Part shown: positions 8,919 through 16,150 of the stretch, piece by piece
Position numbering within the stretch: the stretch's first letter is position 1
Layout of the letters: every line of letters begins with the position of its first letter
DNA from: Alphaproteobacteria bacterium
Lineage (GTDB): Bacteria; Pseudomonadota; Alphaproteobacteria; Rhizobiales; Xanthobacteraceae
Assembly: GCA_021325315.1 (NCBI GenBank)
Contig: JAJPHK010000054.1
Coordinates: 25,737-89,736 of the forward strand
DNA: 64,000 nt
Direction of reading: 5' to 3'
The notes under the pieces: model-generated
The model's input: the letters and a program-made list of their open reading frames with translations, nothing else
What the model was told of the DNA's origin: nothing
Database searches by the model: none
Translations under genes and position numbers: made by a program

Positions 8919-9608
8919 ATGCTCGTTCTACACGCCATGATACCTATGGTGATCACTGTCTCACAGGATCAGACAATCGGCGACGCCATTAAAAAAATGA
9001 TCGAGTATCGGATCAGCGGCCTTCCGGTTGTCGACGCCGACGGCGCGCTTGTTGGTATGCTGAGCGAGAGTGATTTCTTGCGTCGGGCAGAATTGGGAAC
9101 CGGGCGCAAGCATCTGGGATGGCTCGCATATTTCATGCCCGGAAAGCTTGCCGGCGAATACGTTCACGAACACGGGAGAAGGGTGAGAGAGGTTATGACC
9201 CCCGATCCAATGACCGTCGACGAATACGCCCCGCTCGAAGATGCAGCGAAGATAATGGAAACAAATTACATCAAGCGGCTGCCTGTAACGAGGAAGGGGC
9301 GGCTAATTGGAATGCTAACCCGTTCGGACATGATGCGTGTTGTCGCCGAACGCGGACATGCGCTGCCGCCGCTCAAAGACAGCGATCAAGCGATTCGGCA
9401 ACACATACTCGAACAGGTTTCGCGACAGCCATGGCTACCGGGGTCGCCTGTCGATGTTACGGTCGACAACGGGAGGGTGACTCTGCTTGGAACCGTGTCC
9501 GACATACAACAAGCCAAAGCCTTGGAAGTGCTGGCCGGCAACGTGAAAGGCGTGTCGTCCGTGACGAACGGCATCCGTATTCTGCAACTGAAATTCGCAG
9601 AAGATTAA
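8919..9608 (+). CDS. CBS-pair plus BON domain protein (copy 2)
   Basis: Same architecture as copy 1 and clear paralogy to it. SD-like GAGAGGAG lies upstream. Confidence 0.85.
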   Translation: MLVLHAMIPMVITVSQDQTIGDAIKKMIEYRISGLPVVDADGALVGMLSESDFLRRAELGTGRKHLGWLAYFMPGKLAGEYVHEHGRRVREVMTPDPMTVDEYAPLEDAAKIMETNYIKRLPVTRKGRLIGMLTRSDMMRVVAERGHALPPLKDSDQAIRQHILEQVSRQPWLPGSPVDVTVDNGRVTLLGTVSDIQQAKALEVLAGNVKGVSSVTNGIRILQLKFAED

Positions 9609-11198
9609 ATGCCAAAACCGTTCGGATTTGGGCGAGACAGGAACCGGACGGATAAAAAAGACGTAGATACGCAGGATCGCGTCTTCGCCTATCTTGCCGA
9701 TCCGAGAACGCATGGCGGTCTCGAAGTAAAGCGAATCGATACGCACGCCTCCACCGTTTTCCTGGCCGGTAATCGCGCATACAAAGTGAAGCGAAGCGTG
9801 CGGTTTCCATATCTCGACTATTCGACGCCGGAGAAGCGGAAGGCCGCTTGCCTTCAGGAAGTAACTGTAAATCGTCGTTTCTCTCCCGATCTCTATCTGA
9901 GGGTCGCCGAGATTAAGGATTTCAACGGACGGCTAAGCCTTGAGGGAGAGGGCACACCAATCGAATGGGCCGTTGTTATGAAGCGATTCGATGAATCCCT
10001 TACGCTGGATCGGCTCGCGGAATACGGATCAATTACAAATGACCTCGCCGATGAACTTGGGCGAATGGTGGCGCGAATGCATGCGGATGCGCCGGTTATC
10101 CGCAGCGAGATGTGGCAAGGTTCGCTTTCAACTGTCATTGAGGAAAACGAAAGGGACCTGAAGACACATCCGGATCTATTTGATGCCGGGAAAGTTCGGG
10201 TTCTAACGCTGCAATCGAAAGAAAAACTCGAATCTAACAAGGCGCTGTTATCCGCACGCGCAGCAGCTGGTTTTGTGCGCGAAGGACATGGAGATCTCCA
10301 TCTCAGGAATATCGCCTTGATTGACGGAAATCCGACGCCTTTCGATGCGATCGAATTCGACCCATTGCTTGCTTCGGGCGATGTATTTTACGAACTTTCG
10401 TTTTTGCTGATGGATCTCTGGGAGAGGGGTGCGCGCGATTCCGCGAACATTGTGCTCAACCGATACCTGATTGAGGCCGATAGAGAAGAGCACCTGCCGG
10501 GGCTTGCGTTATTGCCGTTATTTTTGTCAATGCGCGCGGCGATACGTGCGAAAATTTGCGCGACCGAGTTAGCGCGTTCTGCCCGGGCCAACGAAAATCT
10601 CGCAAAGAGTGCGACGCGTTATTTCAATTTGGCTGTCGAGTTTTTGCGGCCTGATGCGCCGCGACTAGTAGTGGTAGGCGGCCTGTCGGGATCGGGAAAA
10701 TCTGCGCTTGCGAGATTGCTGGCATCTCATCTTTCCCCGGCGCCCGGAGCGGTCATTCTCCGCTCCGATATTGAACGAAAACAGCTCTTTCATGCGAGCG
10801 AAACGGAGCTGTTGCCAAGCCAAGCTTACAGATCCGATGTTTCTGGAAAAGTGTATGAGCGCCTCTTTCAGAAAACGGAGTCCGCGTTACAGGCCAAACA
10901 CTCTGTAATTCTTGATGCGACATTTCTGCATGAAGCGACGCGGGATGCAGCCCTAAAATTATCAAAAAGATGCGGCGTCCCGCTTGCGGGCCTGTATCTC
11001 GATGCGGATTTAAGCGTCCGTCTTGAACGTATCGCAAAAAGGAAAAGGGATGCATCGGATGCTGACGCAAAAGTAGCAATGCAGCAGAGAAGCCCTTCAA
11101 ACCTAAGCGCTGAGTGGACGCGTATCGACGCGAACGCCGATCTCAGCACCACCATGCTGCATGCTTTGCAGGCGATCGGCGTCACAGATCGGCAGTAA
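9609..11198 (+). CDS. Bifunctional protein: N-terminal APH/kinase-like phosphotransferase domain plus C-terminal P-loop (AAA_33-like) kinase domain
   Basis: Catalytic-loop-like HGDLHLRNI and FDAIEFD in the N-terminal part. Walker A (GGLSGSGKSA) in the C-terminal part. The ATG directly follows the TAA of the preceding CBS-BON gene. Confidence 0.8.
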   Translation: MPKPFGFGRDRNRTDKKDVDTQDRVFAYLADPRTHGGLEVKRIDTHASTVFLAGNRAYKVKRSVRFPYLDYSTPEKRKAACLQEVTVNRRFSPDLYLRVAEIKDFNGRLSLEGEGTPIEWAVVMKRFDESLTLDRLAEYGSITNDLADELGRMVARMHADAPVIRSEMWQGSLSTVIEENERDLKTHPDLFDAGKVRVLTLQSKEKLESNKALLSARAAAGFVREGHGDLHLRNIALIDGNPTPFDAIEFDPLLASGDVFYELSFLLMDLWERGARDSANIVLNRYLIEADREEHLPGLALLPLFLSMRAAIRAKICATELARSARANENLAKSATRYFNLAVEFLRPDAPRLVVVGGLSGSGKSALARLLASHLSPAPGAVILRSDIERKQLFHASETELLPSQAYRSDVSGKVYERLFQKTESALQAKHSVILDATFLHEATRDAALKLSKRCGVPLAGLYLDADLSVRLERIAKRKRDASDADAKVAMQQRSPSNLSAEWTRIDANADLSTTMLHALQAIGVTDRQ

Positions 11199-11867
11199 GG
11201 AGCTGCTTTGTCATCCGATCAACAACTTGCTTCACGCCCCACATGCTTTCTGCCGCAACTCGGATGGCACTTCGCTCAGAGTCGCTGCGAACCAAACCGG
11301 TCAGCTCGACGACGCCTTCTGTCACATTGATATTCACGAGGTCGAGATGCGCCCAAGGCTGATTTGCCAGATGAGTGAGCAGTTTCTCGCGGATATATCG
11401 ATCATCAGCTTCAATGCCGATAGCGCCGTGTAACTCTGCAAAAGCACGGATCAGATCGGCGCGGCTCGCGACGCCTACAACGCGGTCGTTTTCGACGACA
11501 GGCAAGCGCTTGATTGCATGCTTTTCCATGAGATCGACAAGGTATCGAATTGAATCGTTGGGATGAACGGACACAACCTTGGTCGTCATGATATCGCGGA
11601 TTTTTTTGGCGTGAGCTTTCACATATTCGCCGGCGAGAATTGCTTCCCCCACCAGCATTCGCAGCCACCAGGAACGCTGCTTTTCTGTCGAGATTTCGTA
11701 CCGTCGGATGAGATCGCGTTCCGTTACAATACCGCCAGCTTGCCGCTTTCTTCGACGACCGGAACGCCACTGATACGCTTTTCGGCCATCAGCTTGGCTA
11801 GCTCGATCACCGAAATGTTCGGCTTCACGGTAACCGCCGGCGCTATCATAATCTTGCGCACATTCAT
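11182..11867 (-). pseudogene. CBS-pair plus BON domain gene (copy 3) interrupted by a 1-nt frameshift near 11732
   Basis: ATG 11867 gives MNVRKIMIAPAVTVKPNISVIELAKLMAEKRISGVPVVEESGKLA, then a stop at 11726-11724. The -1 frame continues IVTERDLIRRYEISTEKQRSWWLRMLVGE... into ORF 11182..11658. One extra G in CTGGCGGTATT would restore a single roughly 228-aa ORF. Confidence 0.7.
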
Positions 11868-11941
11868 GATTGCCTTCGCGTAACTTATGAAAGTTTAGGC
11901 GGCTGCTCCGCGGGAATATTAATCTCGGTCAAACGAAGAAT

Positions 11942-11955
11942 GTGCGCTGAATCAA
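11942..11955 (-). promoter_or_regulatory. Degenerate FixK-like box GTGCGCTGAATCAA
   Basis: 12 of 14 positions are identical to the box at 6222, but the first T is replaced by G. It lies about 80 nt upstream of the CBS-BON copy 3 start. A second weak candidate, TTAATCTCGGTCAA, is at 11919-11932. Confidence 0.3.
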
Positions 11956-12029
11956 AATCTGCCTTTGGAGGCGCTAGTTTAGCTGCGGCATTCAATGACA
12001 GAAGAGCACCGAAGTTTCGGGTGCGCTTT

Positions 12030-12140
12030 TTAGTCGATGAGAACCGGTGGGAGCCAAATAAGCATAAGAGCGATTAAAACGCCCAAGAGAGTCAGGAACA
12101 CAATCGTTGCCGCCCAAGATTCCGCCTCAGCTCGATTCAT
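12030..12140 (-). CDS. Hypothetical 36-aa hydrophobic peptide
   Basis: My translation gives MNRAEAESWAATIVFLTLLGVLIALMLIWLPPVLID. It starts 10 nt downstream of the usp stop on the same strand. Too short for the supplied ORF track. Confidence 0.3.
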   Translation of the reverse strand: MNRAEAESWAATIVFLTLLGVLIALMLIWLPPVLID

Positions 12141-12150
12141 GGCGATCTCC

Positions 12151-12972
12151 TTAATGCGATAACAAACAGGCACAGGGTGGCTGATTGAGAAGGACTTCAG
12201 TCACGCCTCCGAATATCCATTCACCGATTTGGCTGCGGCCATACGCGCCGGCGACGATAACATCGGCGTCGTATTGTTTCGCTTGCAAGAGGAGCTCTTC
12301 CGCTACGGAATAATTTCCTGAATGTGCGACTTTAGGCTCTACAGTAATCTCATGACCGAGCAGATAAGAGCCGACATCGGATAGGATCTCGTGTACTTCT
12401 TGCTGAGTTTGTGCTTCTTCGCAGATTCCAAGAAGCAAAATATCTTTCGTTATTTTTAAAAAAGGCAATGCATTGGCAAGTGCGCACCGTGACTCACGCC
12501 CATCCTTCCAGGCGATAATCGCCCGACGAAAGGGAACGGTTTTGACGTGGTCGGGCACGTACAAAATCGGCCGCCCCGCCTGCATGATGATCGTGGCGGG
12601 ATTGAAGCGATGTTCGAGTGGCGCCTCGGAATCGGAACCGATGACGAGAAGATCGACGGATCTGAGCTTGTTTATGAAGGCTTTGAGAGGATAATCGTTG
12701 CTTCCGCGCCATTCGAGGTGCGGAGTCTTGCAAGTGGCAAGCTCTCGAAATCGCTTTTCCCGCTGTGTTAGTTCCGCGGTCGCATGTTCAAACTCAAGCT
12801 TTAAGAGTCGATTGCTGACCGGGCCATTGGGAAAAGCCTTGCTGGAAATAGATTGGCAGCCCAAGCCGACTAATTTTGCGTTCATTTTTTGAGTGAGTTC
12901 GCAAGCAATGTTGACGCGCCGATCAGATGCGGCGCCTGAACTCACATAGACACTAATCGAGGGATGGATCAT
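12151..12972 (-). CDS. Tandem-domain universal stress protein (UspA family)
   Basis: Two USP domains, C-terminal GAYGRSQIGEWIFGGVT. The start was set at ATG 12972 (MIHPSISVYV) because the longer ORF start would lie inside the FixK box. Confidence 0.85.
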   Translation of the reverse strand: MIHPSISVYVSSGAASDRRVNIACELTQKMNAKLVGLGCQSISSKAFPNGPVSNRLLKLEFEHATAELTQREKRFRELATCKTPHLEWRGSNDYPLKAFINKLRSVDLLVIGSDSEAPLEHRFNPATIIMQAGRPILYVPDHVKTVPFRRAIIAWKDGRESRCALANALPFLKITKDILLLGICEEAQTQQEVHEILSDVGSYLLGHEITVEPKVAHSGNYSVAEELLLQAKQYDADVIVAGAYGRSQIGEWIFGGVTEVLLNQPPCACLLSH

Positions 12973-13005
12973 GTTTATTTCTAAGCATCTTTCGACAGTG
13001 CGCTT

Positions 13006-13019
13006 TTGACGCAAATCAA
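13006..13019. promoter_or_regulatory. FixK/FNR-type box TTGACGCAAATCAA between divergent genes
   Basis: Matches TTGA-N6-TCAA. The centre at 13012.5 is 40.5 nt from the usp ATG (12972, minus strand). It is 41.5 nt from position 13054, just upstream of the AGGAGGAG SD of the plus-strand gene. Confidence 0.65.
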
Positions 13020-13066
13020 AGGATCCAACCTTATGAAGCCGCAGGAAAACACAGCAGGAGGAGAAT

Positions 13067-13462
13067 ATGCAGCAACATTTTCACATGGCGGTGTGGATCG
13101 ATCACCACGAGGCGCGCGTATTCAGCTTCAACGCCGATCAATCGGATAAGTTAGTCGTTCATCCCGAACACCCTGTCCGCAATATCCATCACAAAGCGAA
13201 TTCGATCGGCAGCGGGCATGCAGCCGAAGATCAGGATTTCTACGACAAGGTGGCTCAACACATTCGGCAAGCCGGCGCAATTCTTGTGGCTGGACCTGCG
13301 AACGCGCGTATCGAATTTATCAAGCATCTAAGATCGAATGACCCGGCTCTCGCACAAAAAATAAATACCGTCGAACGTACCGGTCGCTTCACCGACGCTG
13401 AATTTCTTGCGCATGCGCGAGAATACTTTTCTCGGCATGATCGCATGACACCCCTTCTATAA
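13067..13462 (+). CDS. Small conserved protein, host-attachment/eRF1-domain-like (databases often label homologues 'translational machinery protein')
   Basis: 131 aa. His-rich N-terminus (MAVWIDHHEARVF) and an AILVAGPANARIEFIKHL segment typical of that family as I recall it. Strong SD. Confidence 0.6.
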   Translation: MQQHFHMAVWIDHHEARVFSFNADQSDKLVVHPEHPVRNIHHKANSIGSGHAAEDQDFYDKVAQHIRQAGAILVAGPANARIEFIKHLRSNDPALAQKINTVERTGRFTDAEFLAHAREYFSRHDRMTPLL

Positions 13463-13477
13463 ACAGGGTTACACGAA

Positions 13478-14455
13478 ATGGTCCCGTATTTTGGCTCCCG
13501 AAGACGTTTCTCCGATCTTTCAGAATCCGAGATACTAGCGCTTGCCATCTCCTCCGAAGAGGACGACGCGCGCATCTATTCGTCTTACGCAGAGCAACTG
13601 CGGGAGAAGTTTCCCGCGTCTGCCCGGATTTTCGACCAGATGGCGGAGGAGGAAAATGATCATCGCCGTTTGCTGATTGACATCTATGAACGGCGCTTCG
13701 GAAAAACCATTCCGTTAATTCGGCGAGAGCATGTCGCTGGCTATTACTGGCGTCGGCCGATTTGGCTTGTTCAGAATCTGGGGCTGGAGCGTATTCGGCA
13801 GGAAGCCAGCCGCATGGAGGACGATGCTGCCGCTTTCTATACACGCGCCGCTCAATCCAGCTCGGATCCGGCAACTCGAAAGCTGCTTGGCGACCTTGCT
13901 GCGGCCGAAAGAATGCATGAGAGCAGGGCGGACAAGCTGCAGGTGGACGTGGCGGGAGGTGAACCGGGAAAGGAAGAGGAGCGTAAGGCTTTTCGGCAAT
14001 TCATTCTTACTTGGGTGCAACCCGGACTTGCTGGGTTAATGGATGGTTCTGTTTCAACACTCGCGCCGATTTTTGCAACGGCGTTCTCCACGCACTCGAG
14101 CTCAACGACATTTACAGTCGCACTTGCGGCCGCCGTGGGCGCAGGAATTTCAATGGGCTTCACCGAAGCAGCGCACGATGATGGTGTGATTTCTGGCCGT
14201 GGCTCGCCACTTAAGCGCGGCATCGCCTCAGGATTGATGACCGCATTAGGTGGTCTTGGTCATGCTCTCCCATATCTCATCCAGAATTTCTGGACAGCAA
14301 CTACGTTGGCAGTGGCGATCGTCTTCGTAGAATTGTGGGCGATTGCGTTTATTCAAAATCGTTACATGGAAACGCCATTTTGGCGGGCTGTGTTCCAGAT
14401 CGTGTTAGGAGGTTCGCTGGTTCTCGGAACGGGGATCTTAATCGGAGGAACGTAG
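13478..14455 (+). CDS. mbfA: Membrane-bound ferritin-like/VIT1 (CCC1) family iron exporter
   Basis: The N-terminal ferritin-like domain has ExxH motifs (EEENDHRRL, AAERMHESR). The C-terminal VIT1-type TM domain has about 5 hydrophobic segments. The length (325 aa) matches MbfA. Confidence 0.8.
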   Translation: MVPYFGSRRRFSDLSESEILALAISSEEDDARIYSSYAEQLREKFPASARIFDQMAEEENDHRRLLIDIYERRFGKTIPLIRREHVAGYYWRRPIWLVQNLGLERIRQEASRMEDDAAAFYTRAAQSSSDPATRKLLGDLAAAERMHESRADKLQVDVAGGEPGKEEERKAFRQFILTWVQPGLAGLMDGSVSTLAPIFATAFSTHSSSTTFTVALAAAVGAGISMGFTEAAHDDGVISGRGSPLKRGIASGLMTALGGLGHALPYLIQNFWTATTLAVAIVFVELWAIAFIQNRYMETPFWRAVFQIVLGGSLVLGTGILIGGT

Positions 14456-14680
14456 AATCGTAACAACGATAATTCGTGAGTTTAAGACGATCTCTATTCG
14501 GAATTCCCAGATCGCCGATGTTCACTCAGGGAATTTAGAGAGAATGCATTGATTTTATTGCCAATTCATTAGGTCCTGCGTGGAGATGCGAGAAAATCTA
14601 ATTTTTCCCTGTTCTTTTCGCTGTTATAGGGGAACGGCCTAGCCAGAGGCTGAATCGCTGCAGACTACATCCTGCACCAC

Positions 14681-16018
14681 TCAGCCTTCAGCCGATTCTC
14701 TGGCTACGGACTCCGCAAGAAATGCGCCGGTGATGCGTGAAGTGTCACTCATAGGCGCCACCGTATAAGCTTCCGGGAGGATGATCGAAGGATCTGCAGG
14801 ATCTGGCGCCTCGTGCGTGACGACCCCGCCCACAGGAGCGGTTGCGGCAAGATCGAACTCGGTCTTTTGCCGCGAGGCGAGCGGACGTTGTACCCGTGTG
14901 CGATAAAACACGTAGACTGCCAGCAGCGCCTGCGTCAGCGCGGTGAACAGGAACAGTCCGCGCGGTCCTTCCGTCGACATGAAGCCAGCGGCGACAAGCG
15001 GGCCGATCACTGAGCCGAGACCATTGGCGAGCAGGATCGTGGCAGCGACCGAGACAGCATCGCTTGCCGGCGTCTTATCGTAGGCATGGGCGGCCGCGAG
15101 CGAATAGCCTGGCAGCGCGAGCGCGCCGAACAAAATACCGAGCAACAGCAGTATTGGGCCGGACGCGGAGGTCAGAAAAATGACGATGCCTACAACGGCG
15201 GCGCCGATCAGGAGCGCGAGTAGCACCAAGCGGCGGTCGACGCGATCGGACAGATGGCCGACCGGCCACTGCGCAATCGCTCCGGCCAGCACTGCGAGGC
15301 TCATGAAGAGCGCTGCACGATCGACGCTGAGGCCGCTCCGGGCGGCCGAGAGCGGCGCGAGTCCCCAAAATGCGCCGTTGGCGCAACCGATCACAAAACT
15401 CGCAATCAGCGCGACCGGAGCCTCGCGGTAGATCTGCCCCGGGTGAAAACGGACAATTGTGATCGGCGCCGGTTGCGCCGAGCGGGTCAATGCCACCGGA
15501 ACAGTCGCCAACGAGGAAAGCATGGCGGCGACCATAAAGCTCCCGGCCTCAACGACCGGATAAAGCGTCGCCAGCGCCTGGCCGAGCGTGATAGCGCCGT
15601 AACTGACCACTACGTAGGACGAAAGCACGAGTCCGCGCGTTTCGTTGGAAGCGCCGTCATTGAGCCAGCTTTCAACAACCAGATAGAGGCCGGCGAGGCA
15701 AAGACCCGTTACGACACGGAACGCTATCCAGGCGGGAACCGTCGGCGCGAGCGCGTAGGCAAGCGCCATGGCGGCCGTGACCGCCACCATCGCCGTAAAT
15801 GCCCGGATGTGTCCCGCACGCAGGATCACGTAGGGTCCAAGCAGACAGCCGCTGACGAAGCCGACGAAATAGCCCGAGCCGATGACGCCAAGCGCAAGAT
15901 CGCCGAAACCTTCAGCGCTGCCACGCAGCGGAAGCAACGTGAATTGCATGCCGCTGCCTGCCAGCAGGAACGCTACTCCCAGGAGCAGCGAAACGATCGG
16001 GCGCAGATTCTTTCGCAT
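14681..16018 (-). CDS. MFS transporter
   Basis: About 12 predicted TM segments. The start was set at ATG 16018 (MRKNLRPIVSLLLG). Confidence 0.85.
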   Translation of the reverse strand: MRKNLRPIVSLLLGVAFLLAGSGMQFTLLPLRGSAEGFGDLALGVIGSGYFVGFVSGCLLGPYVILRAGHIRAFTAMVAVTAAMALAYALAPTVPAWIAFRVVTGLCLAGLYLVVESWLNDGASNETRGLVLSSYVVVSYGAITLGQALATLYPVVEAGSFMVAAMLSSLATVPVALTRSAQPAPITIVRFHPGQIYREAPVALIASFVIGCANGAFWGLAPLSAARSGLSVDRAALFMSLAVLAGAIAQWPVGHLSDRVDRRLVLLALLIGAAVVGIVIFLTSASGPILLLLGILFGALALPGYSLAAAHAYDKTPASDAVSVAATILLANGLGSVIGPLVAAGFMSTEGPRGLFLFTALTQALLAVYVFYRTRVQRPLASRQKTEFDLAATAPVGGVVTHEAPDPADPSIILPEAYTVAPMSDTSRITGAFLAESVARESAEG

Positions 16019-16150
16019 CGGGATCGATACTCTCCCCGTTCTCCCCGTGCCGTGGGTCGACCCAACACGCTTTTGGAGGTTCAGATTCGTCCACCACCAC
16101 ACAAAAATGGCGGCGAGATTGTGGGGACCGGCGCCAAATCGTCGGAACAC

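Noticed and set aside
14456-14680. The AT-rich 225-nt convergent intergenic region after mbfA, with an AATTCCC...GGGAATT inverted repeat, as an sRNA or terminator
   Set aside because: It has only a 7-bp stem with a 21-nt loop, and I could recognise no U-tract or promoter-like elements. It cannot be supported from sequence alone.
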